Assembly (NCBI GenBank): GCA_963575745.1
Contig: CAUYUJ010000050.1
Coordinates: 62,001 to 119,044, forward strand
Reading direction: 5' to 3'
Source: Prorocentrum cordatum
Lineage: Eukaryota
DNA length: 57,044 bases
Position 1 is the stretch's first letter. Each line of letters starts with the position of its first letter. The notes below the pieces were generated by a model, which made no database searches, had not been told where the DNA came from, and was given only the letters and a program-made list of their open reading frames with translations. Below are positions 11,300 to 24,454 of this stretch, piece by piece. The position numbers and the translations under genes are program-made.

Positions 11300-12180
11300 G
11301 GTACGCCACCACGGCGCCACAAACCAGGGGGTTTGTTCGGGCTGCTCCATCGGCCCGAAGACCCCCCCCAGCACCGGGGCTATCACTACGGTCGTTTTCC
11401 TTTGTGGGTGCGCCAGCAAGGCGCCACAAACCAGGGGGGGTGTTCGGGCTGTTCCTTTGGCCCGAAGGACCCCTCCAAACCGGTGTCCACCACCGTACGC
11501 ACACACTGTAGTCTGCGTAGGCGCCCTTGTCGGCTGTTGGTTGCGCCATCAAGGTGCCACACACCACCTCGGCAACCGTGGCTCACGACGGCCCCGCTGT
11601 CGGATGATCAAGGTCACGGGGGTTGTTCGGGCTGTTCCCTTAGCCTTCAACTGCCCCCTCAATGCAGCCACACCACGGGCGGACGTTCTGTGTTCTGAGT
11701 GCGCCCGCAAGGCGCCACAGACCAGGGGGGATGTTTCGGGCTGTTCCCTTAACCCCAAGGACCCCCCACAACGGAGTCCAACACCATGTGCACTGTAGCC
11801 TGCGCAGGCGCCCCCGTTGGCTGTGGGTTGCGCCATCAAGGCTCCACACACCACCAGGGACGCTTTGTCTCCTGACGGCCCCGCCATTGGATGCTTAAGA
11901 GCGTCGTCAAGGAACCGCCAGTCAGGTGGTTCGTTCGGGCTATTCCCTTGGCCCGAAGAGCCCCCCCCGCACCAGAGCTCCCACCACGAGCGGTCATTTT
12001 CTGTTCTGGGTGCACCAACAAGGCGCCACAAACCAGGGGGGGTGTTCGGGCTGTTCCTCTGGCCCGAAGGACCGCCCCCAAACGGTGGACACCACTGTGC
12101 ACACTGTAGCCTATGTAGGCGCCCTTGTCGGTTGTCGGTTGCTTGCGTGCTCAAGGCGCCACACACCACCATGGCAACCT
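11300..12180. repeat. Degenerate tandem repeat, ~300-bp period with sub-repeats
   Basis: ggcgccaca(a/g)accagggggg..tgttcgggctgttcc..ggcccgaaggacc recurs at ~11313, 11421, 11711 and 12022; cacactgtag..tg..taggcgccc recurs with the same period. Confidence 0.8.
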
Positions 12181-15100
12181 CAGGGTAACGATCGGTTCGT
12201 CTTCTGCTCTTCGTTTTCTTCGCTGGTCTTTGTCAGTACATCATTGGTTTACCTTTTCAAGGGGTCGGGTCTTTGCCTTTCGGCTTTCGTAGGCCTCTGG
12301 AAGAGGTGGCGGGCCAAAAGGAAGGGCTGCCGCGCCCAGCCCCTCCCGAGGTCCACGGGCGGGCACGAACAGCCGGCCCATGAGAGCCGAGCCCGAATTC
12401 CCGCTGCGCCACCAGCGCCGACGCCTTTGATCTTCTGTTGTGCTTTAAGCCACCTGCGCCCAGTGGGTGAGCAGGTGTACTTTGGCCTATGGAGGCCTCC
12501 TGGGCTCCAGGCTGTTCTTGGTGGCCTGTTTGAGTTGTGTTTGCCTGTCGCGTGATCGCGTTGGTGCCGGTTGCGAAGTGTGCTCTCGTCCTTTCGGGTG
12601 TGGCGCCGCCTCGTGGCATGCTTTACAGGTTCCACTGGGCTGTTGCTGCTTACGGGGGTGTTGTTCAAACGCCTTCTGTTCGTCGAGACACCTACGCCCA
12701 GTGGGCTAGCAGGTTTATTTGGGCCTGCGGAAGCCTCTTGGGCTGTGCAAGCGCTTGGTAATTCTGTCTTTGGACAAGGGGTGGCGTTCTTTCTTCGGCC
12801 CACCCAGACACGAGCGGCATCGGGGGGCGTGGTTCGTGCGCTTGCATTGTGGCCCCTGTGCCCAAGGGAAGCGCTCAAAGAATGGGCCCCTGTGCCCCAG
12901 GGGAGCGTTCGAAGAGGCTCGGGTAGACGTGGCGACGTGTACCCAGCCGGCCCAAACAACATTCGGTATCGCACATCCTCTGTAACTGTCACATGGTTGC
13001 GACCCTAATCGCCGACGCTGGGGTCGATGCTGGGCCAGGTGGTGCTTGCCCTCGCTTGGCTGGTTACGACTTGCGGGGCGGGGGCCACATTACTCACAGG
13101 TCGCGGGCGGTCTCGAGGAGACGGTGGGGGGCAAAAAGGGCCACACTTTGTTGCAACGCCCCTGGGGGGTACTCCGTGACACCTTCAAGCCCCAAGTTCC
13201 GCCCTCACTGGAGGCTCGCTGCAGCCTCCCAGCGACCGCGTCTCTCTCTCTCTCTCTCTTTTCTTTCTCTCTGGAGGAGCGGGAGGAGTGGAGGTTGGGG
13301 TTGGGGGCTTTGGACACGGCTTGCGGCGGATGGAGGCTCCCAAGGCTTGCGTGGAGTCGAAATTGTGTACTACTTTGGGGGCGGACGGGGGCTCCCACAG
13401 CTTGCGGGCAGTCGGATTTGTGTACGAATATGTTTTGGTGCTTCTCGGCGAACACGCGTGCGTCTTCTGGGCGAACAGTTGGAGGTCCTCAACTACCAGA
13501 CGGTGCTGCGCCTCCGAAGGCCTCCTGAGGCCTTCGGAGAAAATAAATCGCACCCCATTCGCAAGCCTCAGCTATCCCAAGTGACGGGATTGCTCATTTG
13601 TACTCAGCTGTGGCAAGGAGCTAACTTATTCATCATCCTTCGGCAACTGCTATCCCACTTGGTGGGCTTGCCCGCGTCTGTGCGAGCAGGTACCCCCTGT
13701 CAACCGTAGGTCGGCATTGACCGTGGCAACCTGAACGGTCGCTGTCCAACTGGTTTCACTCTTGACTTCATGTGGGGTGAGTTGTGAGGGAAGCGCTCAC
13801 ATACGGCCCTGGACGTTTCCCATGAGAGTACTTTTCCCATGAGAGTACTTTTCGCACCGCACACATAATGCTCAGGCGAGGGATTTCCCCCCGATTCTGC
13901 GACACCTCCCTCGCAGCGTGCCGCAGTTTTTTGGGGCCCCAAAAAGGCTGGCGAGCCCCCATGGCGCACTGGTACAGCCCAACTGGCTGGCCTGCCGAAG
14001 TATGGTTGAAACCAAGTCAGGTTACACTGGCTTCTGCCATATTCGCGACTGTAAGGATGAGACCTCCAAAAGTCCTTGAACATATCCCTCCTGCAGGGGC
14101 GAGCTGCTTTAGGCAGTGGGTTGCGGAACAATGCACTTCTGAGGGTCGCCTCATCCTTACAGATGGTTAGGTGCTCTGAAAGCCTATAGCGTACTCGGCA
14201 GTCCTCCTCCTCCTCCTCCTCCTCCTCGTCCTCCTCCTCCTCCTCCTCCTCGTCCTCCTCCTCCTCCTCCTCCTCCTCCTCCTCGTCCTCCTCCTCGTCG
14301 TCCTTCTCCTTTTCCTCCTCTTCCTCCTCCTCCTCCTCCTCCTTCTCCCCCTCCTCCTCCTCCTCCTCCTCCTCCTCCTCCTCCTCCTCCTCCTCGATCT
14401 CTCTCCTCCTCCTCCTCCTCTCCTCTCCTCCTCCTCCCCTTCCATTCTCCTCTCCCCCCCCTCCTCCTCCTCCTCCTCCCCCTCCTCCTCCTCCTCCTCC
14501 TCCTCCTCCCTCCCTCCTCCTCCATCTCCTCCTCCTCTCCTCCTCCTCCTCCTCCTCCTCCTCCTCCCGCTCCTCCTCCTCCTCCTCCTCCTCCTCCTCC
14601 TCCTCCGCCTCCTCCTCCTCCTCCTCCGCCTCCTCCGCCTCCTGCGATCCCAGACTCCGGGCCTCCCGGATGGGGTCCGAGCAGATAGGGTCAGAGGGTC
14701 GCACCTCATCGCCAATGCATCGCCGGTGCGGCTCGACGTGTTGCGCAGGCCTAGAGGTTGACACCAACACCAATAGCGGCGGTGTGCCTCCACTGAGGGA
14801 AGACGATCCCGATCTCGATGATGGTGGTCATATTCTGGCTGCCAAGGTGACCGAAAAATTACCACCATCACCGAAATCTAGGACCATCTTCCCCCTATGG
14901 AGGCAACCCCTCGTGTTGGTGTTGGTGCCTATTTCCAGGTCTCCAAGAGTTGCCCGATCTTCTCCACGCTGGCGTCGCCGGAGCTCCGCCGACGCATCGG
15001 CGACGCGGCGAGATGAGATCCTCCGCGACCCCATGTGGGAGGCCTCTGCAGACCCCCTCGGGTCACGAGAACCTGACGCCGGGCGGCTTTTGCCAGTGTT

Positions 15101-15844
15101 CGGCCCCTGGAGGGGCCCTCTCAGAGGCGACGATAGGGGCGAATAGCCCGGGGTGGGAGCAATACATGTATCCAGGGGCGCCGATGATCTATGTCTTCGG
15201 CGAGGCTCGCCAGGCCTCGGGCGGGGACCGTCCAAGAGCCAGTCAGGAGGAAGAAGCAGGCCCAGGGAACGTGTCGAGACTTCTCGGGGTCGACGCTGCG
15301 AACAGATCGGGACGTCGGCGGTGCGGGGTCCTTGCTCCTCGTGCGTTGGGGGGCGGAGGTCCCGCGTCCTCATCGTGGCCAACACGCACCTGTTCTACCA
15401 CCCCGGTGCGCCGCACGTCCGGCTGCTCCAGGATCGCCCGCTGCCCGCCCATCTCCGCTCGGAGGCAAGCAGCATGTCGCCCACGGCGTCGAGACCGACG
15501 AGCGACGACTGTCAGAGGAGGGAAAGATCCCGATGCTGCCACGCTTGCCTCGTTCTCGCCCTCTTGGGGGCCTCTGGGGAGGCCCTCGTCGCCCCCCGCT
15601 GGATTCGCCTCGAACTTCTCGTCTGAACGCACCCCGGAAGAGGTGCGGGGAGTAGCGGAGGAGGAGGAGGAGGAGGAGGAGGAGGAGGAGGAGGAAGAGG
15701 AGGAGGAGGAGGTCGACGAGGAGGAGATCGAGGAGGAGGAGGAGGAGGAGGAGGAGGAGGTGGAGGAGGAGGAGGAGGAGGAGGTACTTCCTTGGGTTTC
15801 CCCAAACGGGGGGAGTTGTGGTCCTTACCCCGCGGGGGGACCCA

Positions 15845-16000
15845 TCAGCCTCGACACCCCTATCAATCGAGTCTCGATCCTCTGTCCTCGATTGAACCTC
15901 GATCCTCCAGGGCTCCTCGATCGAAGCTCGATCCTCGGGCCAACCTCGATCCTCGATCGACTCCAGTGTCGATCCTCGCTCGAGCGAGCGTCGACGCGCT
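15845..16000. repeat. TCGA-rich low-complexity repeat (ctcgatc); related gattc(c/g) and gttcgactc clusters at ~16270-16400 and ~16600-16730
   Basis: Direct reading of short degenerate tandem units. Confidence 0.75.
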
Positions 16001-16475
16001 GGGTTCCCCCCGATGGGGGTAAGTGAGGAGGGAAAAAAACACACAGACACAATTAATCGTCGACCCCCAGGAAGATATTGAAAAATATGGGAAGTGGGGG
16101 GGAAGACAAAAAACCAGAAAATATGGGAAAATGTAGGGAATCCTTTTATTTGTGTGTATTTATTTGTGTGTCCCAGGGCCCCCGCTGCTGCTGCTGCAGC
16201 TGGTCGGCCAGGGTGCCGGGGCGACCCCTCGAGCTGTGTGGGTCGTGCGGCCTTCGACCAGGTCCCCAGGTCATTCCGATTCCGCCGGTTCGATTCGAAC
16301 CGATTTCTGCGATTCCGATTTCGCACCGACTCGATTCCGGGATTCCGATTCGCGATTCCGATTTCGAGTTCGTCCGATCCGGCTCCTGCCGATTCGATGC
16401 GCCTGCCGGGGACCGTCCCCGGCACAGGTTAGTCGGGGCCCACGGGACAGGGGTCAATCAGATTAGGGGGGCAAG

Positions 16476-16541
16476 CAATGGCATAAACACAAAAACTCGG
16501 AGCTCCGCGCGGACCTCCGAGCTGTTGTGTTTATGCCATTG
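16476..16541. repeat. 66-bp palindrome
   Basis: caatggcataaacacaa / ttgtgtttatgccattg perfect 17-bp arms; inner ctcggag/ctccgag; central tccgcgcgga. Confidence 0.9.
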
Positions 16542-16936
16542 GCTGTTTCCCTATAAATGCTCGCTTGGGGGACCTTCCCGGGACCCACCTCACGGATCTG
16601 TTCGACTCTAGTTCGACCCCAGTTCGACTCAAGTTCGATTCAAGTTCGACTCAGGTTCGACTCAGGTTCAACTCGAGCAAGGTCGGCTCAAATCGACGGA
16701 CGTTCGACGCAGCTTCGACGCACGAGTCGAGCGAGTGTCTCCAGGAAGGTCCCCAGAATGAGCATCCGAGGTTAATGGAAACGGGGGTCGGCCAGTGCAC
16801 CAGATCTTGCATGACCCTGCAGAGCCAGGGCTGCGTTGACGCGGGCTTGCGTGCAGGATCTTGCAGGACCCTGCAGGATACTGCAAGGCCTGACTGACCC
16901 GGGTGTGCATTGGCCTGGGTCAGTACGTCCCCGATC

Positions 16937-17131
16937 GAAGAAGAACAAACGCCATAAACATAATGTTTTGGCGCTCCGCGCGGATTTCCTGAATCCGTGC
17001 TGGGCACCCCACGCGGCGCCTCCGGCGCCGCCCCTGGCGCGCGCCGCGCGCCAGGGAGGGGCGTCCAGCGCAGATCCAAGAAACCCGCGCGGAGCGCCAA
17101 AAGTTTGTGTTTAGGGCGTTTGTTCCTCTTC
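16937..17131. mobile_element. ~195-bp foldback (MITE-like); partial relative at ~9335-9400
   Basis: gaagaagaacaaacgccataaacataatgttttggcgctccgcgcggatttc pairs with gaaacccgcgcggagcgccaaaagtttgtgtttagggcgtttgttcctcttc; arms about 70 bp. Confidence 0.8.
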
Positions 17132-18014
17132 TACCCGAGGCAGTCTCCAGTGGTGTCCGCTGCCGTGGGCGTTCCAGCTTCGGCTCGCGGTCGCCGTGGG
17201 GTGAGGGGCGGTGGGTGGGGGAGTGTGTGGTAGTGGGGCGGGACGGTGGAGGAACGAGCCACGCTGGCCGAGCGAGACTGACCCTGTGGACCTTGCGTGG
17301 ACTGCGCACTGAAGCAACAAAAAAAAAGCTTCGGCTCGCGGTCGCCGTCGTCCCCGCGGCGGTCGCCGCGAGCCCTCGCCCGCGCGTGGCGCGCAGGGCC
17401 GCGGGGGGAGCCAGGAAGGGCCTGGCCTCCTCGCACGCTCGGTCATCGGACAGCGTCTCGGAGTCGGAAGGGTGTGCGGGGGCCGTCCATTTTGACGAAG
17501 GGGGGGCCTGGGGGTGGCTCTTCCTCTGGGGGGAACACAGGGCGCCCTCGAGGGCGCGAAGTTATTCGCGCTTCGCGCTTCGGCTCCGATTCCTCCTCGT
17601 CCTCCTCTCCTCCCCTGGGAGGCGGCGCGAGAGCGCGAAGTTATTCGCACTTCGCGCTTCCCGCAGCGCAAAGCGCGAAGTTGGTAGCCCTTGCTCCTTT
17701 CTCTGGGGGGTGCACTGTGTCACTTGGCGCTGGTAGTGTAGTGCCGCGTCTAGATGGCGGGGTGAGGCAGGGCGCTACCAGCAGGCCAGTGCTGATGCCG
17801 GCGCTCCCATGCGTCCCCACCCAACATCATGCCTCCGAGCGGGAACCTCGTACGAAGTTGACGCATTTTGGGGATGGGCCACTGATGGGGAGACGTGGCA
17901 GTCAGAGCTACGCAGCAAAATTTGGGAGACGAGCGTGGTAAACGTGCAACCACGCATGACAGAGCATAGCAATATCAGCTTGCATGATTCAAGCGTGGAC
18001 CTCAAACAGTAAAC

Positions 18015-18410
18015 GGGTGAAGGCAGTGCAACGAAATGCGAAGCATTGCAAAGCAATGCAAAGCAATGCAACGCAATGCAACAGGCAATGCAGAGCAGTA
18101 CGAGACAATGCAAGGCAATGCAAATCAGTAGTACAGACTATATTGCAAGTCAATGCGCAGCAGTGCAGGAGAAGCAAAGCACGCAAAGCAGTCCAAAGCA
18201 ACGCTACGCAAGGGACTGCAAATCCAGGCACCGCCACCCAAAGGAAGGCATGCGGGGCGCGGCAGTGCAGATTAGTCCAGGGCAGTGCAGAGCGGGGCAA
18301 CGCAGGGCACAGCACACATGGGGCAAAGCACAGCAGGGAAAGCCGGGCAGATTGGTCCAGAGCAGTGCAGTGCAGAGCGACGCAGAGGAGCGTGACGCCA
18401 CGCACAACAG
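18015..18410. repeat. Degenerate (GCAAT/GCAAA/GCAGT)n pentamer satellite
   Basis: gcaatgcaaagcaatgcaacgcaatgcaac...gcagtgcagtgcagagc. Confidence 0.85.
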
Positions 18411-18689
18411 GGCGGCAGCCGGGCGGCGGCGGGGCGGCGGCGGATCGGCAGCCGGGCCAGCAGAGGGTCGACGCTGGGCGGCGACGGGGCGGCAAGCAAG
18501 ACGTAAGAGCCCCTGAGCTGCGGTGGGTGGGCGACAAAGGTGTCCACACCCATCGCGCCAGTATGACACGGCACCGAACTGCGTCGAACAAATATCCACA
18601 GCCCCCGCCCCCCCCCCCCACTCCCTCGACTGCTCCTCAACGAATTCCTTTGGGAATGCATCTGGGAATAGCCAACCTCAGCTCACCTC

Positions 18690-19320
18690 ACTCGCCTGCG
18701 GCCATCCCTCGCGGACATCACGCAGTGGTTCTTGGCTGCCCGCGCCTGGTCGTTTGGCCAGCGAGCCCAGGCTTTCGAGCTGCCTCTTATACTTGCCTGG
18801 GTATGAGACATCGCACACGGCCTGGATGACTGCCTCTTTGACCACTTCGTCACGTGGGTCGAGCTCGTCGTATCTTGATACTGGTGTGTCTGCTGCTGCT
18901 GACCCATTGGAGCCAGTAGCAGGTTGAGCAACAGCAGCGCCGCCGCCGCCAGTCTTGCCCGTCTCCATGGGCGTTGGGATCTTGAGCTCGAACTCCTTAT
19001 TCTTATCCGCCGCCAGCTCGAGGTGCGTGCCTGCATCGATGCCGATGCGACCTCCGTAGTTATGAAGACACTTCTCCATGATTTCCAGCATGGCATATCT
19101 CATGCTTGGGCTCCATCGCTTCACCGGCTTGGGGGAGCATCTGAAACAACGTTGGCGGCCTGCGCCTTCCTGCTGTGTTCCTCGATCTCCGCCACGCTCT
19201 CCCCGTGCTCGAGCAGCTGCTCGTGCCCCTCGTCGACGAGCCCGCGCTCGCCTGCCGCGAGGCCTGCCGTGCCGCCTCGGCGCCTCTGCAGGGACCCCCC
19301 GTCGACCTGCATGCTTGGGC
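18690..19320 (-). pseudogene. Possible decayed coding fragment of unknown function (perhaps retroelement ORF1-like)
   Basis: Non-repetitive, protein-like text across a frameshift (HEQLLEHGESVAEIEEHSRKAQ / MRYAMLEIMEKCLHN...RDEVVKEAVIQAVCDVSYPGKYKRQLESL); no family recognised. Confidence 0.25.
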
Positions 19321-21179
19321 TTCTGCCTGCTGGCGACCTCCCTGGACGGATCCGGCGGCCGCACCTCCTCCGACCTCTCGAGAGAGCAGACTCGCCCCTC
19401 CTCCTCCTCCTCCTCCTCCTCCTCCTCCTCCTCCTCCTCCTCCGACCTCTCGAGAGCAGGCTCGTTGGAGAGTGGCGTGCCCCTCCGCCGCGCCCCGGCG
19501 CCTGCGGCAGCGCGACGAGCTGCTCTGCCGGCAGCGTGGTGGGGCCGAACCCCTTCTCACCGGGCTTGGGCGGGCCCTCGGGCCGCCGGGTTTGGTGGTG
19601 GCTGCCTCTCTGCTCGCTGCGGTCCCTGCCCCGTGGCCTTCTTCTGTGCTTGCAGGAGACTGTTTCTTGAACGGTCCGGCGATCACCCAGGTCATCGGGC
19701 TCGCCCCCCCTACCCCCCCCCAGGATAGCCGAACCTGGCCGGTTGTGCAGGTCCAGGGGGGGCGCAGCGAACTCGGAGGGAGCGCTGTGTTCAGCGGTGC
19801 GCGCGGGCATATGCAAGGCTGCCCACAGCGCGAAGGTTAGGTCATCGGCCGCCCCCCCCCCCATCCCCGGATAACCCGGATTATCGCCGATAAGAAAGAA
19901 ACGGTCTCCAGCACCGTCTGAGGGGCACGGCTTTCACACTCGCGGCACGAGGACCTGAAGATGGGAAGCTGGGGAGGCCACACGGCCGGCATCCCCAGGC
20001 CTTCCTCGGGGTCTGCCGCGGTGCTCCATCTTGGGCCACGCACCCGTTTTTGGCTCTGGCCGGCTGCTCCACTTCCGAGCGCGCTGGCCAAAAAGTGTCG
20101 CTCGAACAGTTCGAGACCTGGGAGTGGCTGGGAATGGGAGGAGGAGCCAGAAGAGGGTGGGGAGGAGCAGCGAGAGACGAAGGAGGGGGGGCGGAATGGG
20201 GGAGATGATCAATGACCAAACTTCCAGGTCTGCGAGCGGGCCGCCTTTGAACAGTCCCTGTGCCGAGGATGGATTGCCAAGGGAGGACACCCGTCGCCTG
20301 GGGAAGCCCCAGTTCACAGCCTCTTGCCGTGAGTGGCGTGAACGAGGGCGCGTCCTGGCTAGCAGCCCACACTGGGACTGTTCAGGAGTGGCGCCCTGCA
20401 CCGGGCGGTGCCGGGGCCGGGGCCGGGGCCAAGGCCGACTCTCCCCCCCCGGGGCGCATGACGATCTTTCCCTCGCGCTCGGCGCCGATGTCGCTCTGGC
20501 GCGGCACCGCCCGGAGTGGCCGGCGGGCCCTCGTCAAAGCTGCGCCCAGGCGGCGGAGAGAGAGGGGAGGGAGGGAAGGGAGGGAGCAAGCATGCTGACG
20601 GGTGGGGAAGCGGGCCGGGGGAGGAGACCTCAGAGGGGGAAAAGGAGGGTGCGGGGTAAGAGAAAGGCGCGAAAGTGAAAGCCCTCACCGGAAGGTGGGA
20701 TTTTCGCCCATGGCCTTCGCTTGAAGGACCACGCCCAGCCCGCCGAAACGACGGAGGAATGGGGCGAGGAGGAAGGCCGGCGTAACGAGCGGGTCCTAAC
20801 ATGGTGTCGGCAGAAAGACGCAGGAAGGATGAGGATGGGCTGGCGCTCTCCGAAAAGGCGGCAACGAGGTTGAGGAGAGAGAGAAACGTTGTACGTGCCG
20901 CGGCCGTTGCCTTGGGCAACAGCAGCACGACACAGAGTTCACGACCACCTGGGGGCGAACCCCCCCTCTGGCACCTCCTCCGCCACCTCCTCCACAGACT
21001 CCTCTGTGCCCTCCTGGCCCTCCTCAGCCTGAAGCGGAAGTGGAACGCCCTGACAATGGGGTCGGTCCACACGTGGGAGTTACATGCCAACGCGACGAGC
21101 TCCCGATCGAGGAAGAAGAGCTGCATCATGAAGTATATCATCCAAGCCAGAACTCACCACAACAGTGCCCATGGAGCAC

Positions 21180-22895
21180 AGTGCAATCACCATTCAGGAG
21201 CGGTCTCCGGCTGCTGGTGCAGCAGCACAAGTATCCACCCACTCCTGGCAGAGACTCTCGGAAGAGATGTCCAGAACTGTGGTGGTGACACGTACTGCGT
21301 AGTTAGGCGTTCTCTGAGAGGCGAGACGTGCGGACAGTCCACCACGAGATGCCATGCCTCATGGAGGGCCACATAGCATTGCGGAACTTACAGTTGCGTC
21401 CAGTCTGTCGCCTCGTTTCGGACGATGTGGCTGCCCCGCTCCGAAAAATAGGCTCACCGAGACCACGGTACCGTTTGGCGGAGGCCTTCGCGTTACATGC
21501 TTCGACGTCGACGTCATCGACTTCCTCAGCATTTTTTCTACTACGAACAACCGCCTGCATACCTTATCCGCGAAGTGCTGAGCTCTGTCCGCACCTGTCC
21601 AGAACCTGTTGTTCTCGTCCAGCGCACTTGATTCGAGCTTGTACACACGGTGGTCATCATAGGCGTCCACCTGCACAAGAGCTCCTCTTTCTTCGGAGAA
21701 GCGGATGAAACTCAACCCCAGCTCATTAGCGTCTCGCTTCATGGAGTGCTCTATAAAGGACGATCAGATGAGACGCTCATCCCTCAACTTCTTGAACACA
21801 AGCAATAAGTATGAAAAAGCAGGATGAGACCAAATATTCTGGCACCACCATCGTCCCAAGCACCACCACGTAGTCTGCGTTCTCCAGACCGCCTTGACCA
21901 GGAGCTTGTTCGCGTCGTGTGGAGGCGGTGTGATTATGGGCGCGGCCCATGTCCACACCGGTCGTATGCATGCGAAGGCCAGACGAGTGCGGACCATACA
22001 GCTCTCTGGGACTGATCCCAAGATGGCGATGGCCGTCATCACCTTCTGCCATCGTTGGCCGGGTATGGTGTCGTACTCCACGTTGGTAGGGCTCGCCAGG
22101 ACTTCAGGATGTTCAATTTCGCATGGGGGATCCTCTTGATCTGACCAGGTCTGGCGCTTCTTCTGGTTCTCGCGGTAGCCGATGTCTGCGTAGTATTGCT
22201 TCGTGTCGTTGAGTCCCTCCTCGACAGCCTCAGGCGACGCTGCTATCAGGTAGCGGTCGTCTATGAAGCACCCTGACGATCTCTTTGGTTGCTAAGGTGT
22301 GAGCGTGCATATCATCGCCGAGGGAGCTGCAGAGTCCCCCTGAGGTAGTCCCCGATATGGGTTGGTGACGGGCTTGGCGATCTCCCCGTTCATACTGCAA
22401 TGCATGGGTCCAGACCAAGCGGCAGCACATCTGAATCGGACAGCTGCTGGAAACCTTGATGCCTCCATACCGGTACCCGCAATCTCATGATTGATATTTT
22501 GAAAGATCCAACTAACATCAATTCGTGCCCATCTCACAATCATATAACCACTGGCTGATAGCGTGGGTAACTGAGACATGTTTGCGGTTGGCCCATTCAT
22601 TTTGTGGCGGCGTCGGTGCAGCAGCCGCCAATGCCCGAAGCCAGGTACGTAGTAAGACACCGCCCACCGAGATGAGTCTCGTATCCTCCTCTCCCTTTGG
22701 TAGGCCAGCGATCCTCCAGGAGAAAGCTTGATGAAGTACGTCTTGAGGTGGGTGTTCGCGGCACTGAACACACAGGGCCGTCGGGTCGACCCACAAGTTA
22801 TACAGTTCGTCGATCATATAGTGGAACATCTTATCCAAGATACGTCAGAGTGAGGGGGCCGAACGGTAATTCATTGTCCCTGGGCGCGTGGCCAA
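21180..22895 (-). pseudogene. Degenerate non-LTR retrotransposon reverse transcriptase fragment
   Basis: RT motifs in order across stops and frameshifts: LPKGEEDTRLISV, IDVSWIFQNINH, RGLPQGDSAAP, FIDDR, IGYRENQKKRQTW, then WHLVVDCP (zf-RVT-like). The 5' side is cut off by a (GTT)n tract. Confidence 0.85.
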
Positions 22896-22921
22896 ATAGG
22901 GAATGTGTGGTGAAACTTCGG

Positions 22922-23124
22922 CTTGTTGCGTTGTTGTTGTTGTGGTTGTTGTTGTTGTTGTGGTTGTTGTTGTTGATGTTGCTGTTGCTGTTGTTGTTGT
23001 TGTTGGTGTCGTTGTTGTTGTTAGTGTTGTTGTTATTGTTGTTGTCGTTGTCGTTGTCGTTGTTGTTGCTGTTGTTGTTAATGTTGTTGTCGTTGTCGTT
23101 GTCGTTGTCGTTGTTATTGTTGTT

Positions 23125-23180
<56 letters not shown>

Positions 23181-23246
23181 CGTTGTTGTTGTTGTTGCTG
23201 CTGTTGCTGCTGCTGCTGGTGTTGTTGTTGTTGTTGTTGTTGTTGG

Positions 23247-23286
<40 letters not shown>

Positions 23287-23320
23287 GAATTATCATCTCT
23301 GCAGAATAATTATTGTTGAT
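22922..23320. repeat. (GTT)n/(GTC)n microsatellite ending in gaataattattgttg
   Basis: Direct reading; the same terminal 15-mer follows the (GTT/GAT/GGT)n tract at ~25528-25760. Confidence 0.9.
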
Positions 23321-23464
23321 CCCTGATCCCCCCCCCACCGGTGCATACTGTTTTTTCTCAATCAAAGTGTGCCCCTCGACGCTCGCACCCTGTTTTTTGA
23401 CAGGGAAAGTCTTCCTGCTCAAACTGGGCCCCTGGCCCCCGGGTTACAACAACAACGGCTCCCA

Positions 23465-23670
23465 CTTGAGACTTCCTTACAATTTAGCCAGGACCCCCGC
23501 GCCCGCCTGAGACTTCCTTGCATGGTATTCAGGAATCGCGCTCTCGCCTGGGACTTCCTTACAATTTATTCAAGAATCGCTCTCCCGGCGCTCTGGAGTC
23601 GCGCTATCGCTGGATACTTGCTTGCAACTTTCTGAAGAATGGACTTGCGTTGGAATGTCCTGCAATTTGC
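23465..23670. repeat. ~40-bp degenerate tandem repeat (gagacttccttacaattt)
   Basis: About 4-5 copies of (g/a)acttccttacaattt..cag(g/a)a. Confidence 0.7.
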
Positions 23671-24014
23671 CCAAGCGCCGCGCTCCCGACACCCAGGCAC
23701 CCAGGAGTCGCGCCCGTTGTGGCCCCATGTGCATGCCCTTCGCGGCCCTGCTGTCGCCATTTGTGTCCCCCTCACTGTCCTACGTGGCCCAGTTGCTACC
23801 CTCAGTGGCCCCATAGTTGCCTTCTGTGGCCCCGCATTATCTGCACTTCGTGGCCCCCGCTCGTTCGCGCTCTTCGTGGCCCATACGCATTCCCTTCGTG
23901 TCCCCGCTGTCGCCCTTCGTGGCCTACTTCGTGCCCTTCGTGGCCCTGCTGTCGTTCTCTCTCGCTCTCGGTTTCGCTCGTCGTCGCCGTCGTCATCGTC
24001 GTCGCCGTCGTCGA

Positions 24015-24047
<33 letters not shown>

Positions 24048-24454
24048 GGTCGGTCCCCTGTCCGTCCCTCTTGGGGTCGGGTCGACGGTCAGCGGCCGGC
24101 CCGCGCTGCCGCTGGCCAGGCCGACGGTCCGCGGACGCCCGCCGCTTGCCGGGGCCCGGCCTGCAGGGAAGAAAGGTATACCCCCCAAAAGGGGTTCGAT
24201 CGAAGATGAAGAGGGCGGGTATCGAGGGTTTGGGAATTCTTTACGCTTCGCGTATCCCCACCAGCCCATCTCACAGCAGCAACTCTCGCGAAGCATGCCG
24301 ACAGTCGTGTTTTTCAGGCGTGTGTCCGCTTGGGCCCCGCATATCTCCCCTGTTCCTCCTTCCTCCCGCCTCCTTGTACATCCTCCTTGTGGGGGGAGCG
24401 GGACAAGGACGAGGCGGACCGGAGGAGGAGGGAGAGAAAGCGCTCCTCGTGATT

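Noticed and set aside
20025..20060. Possible tandem SL relics (ccatcttgggcc, ccgtttttggctc)
   Set aside because: Matches are too short to separate from chance and there is no downstream gene.
23715..23950. gccacgaag repeats resembling DVNP-like AMK repeats
   Set aside because: In-frame stop and no DVNP core; a simple degenerate repeat.
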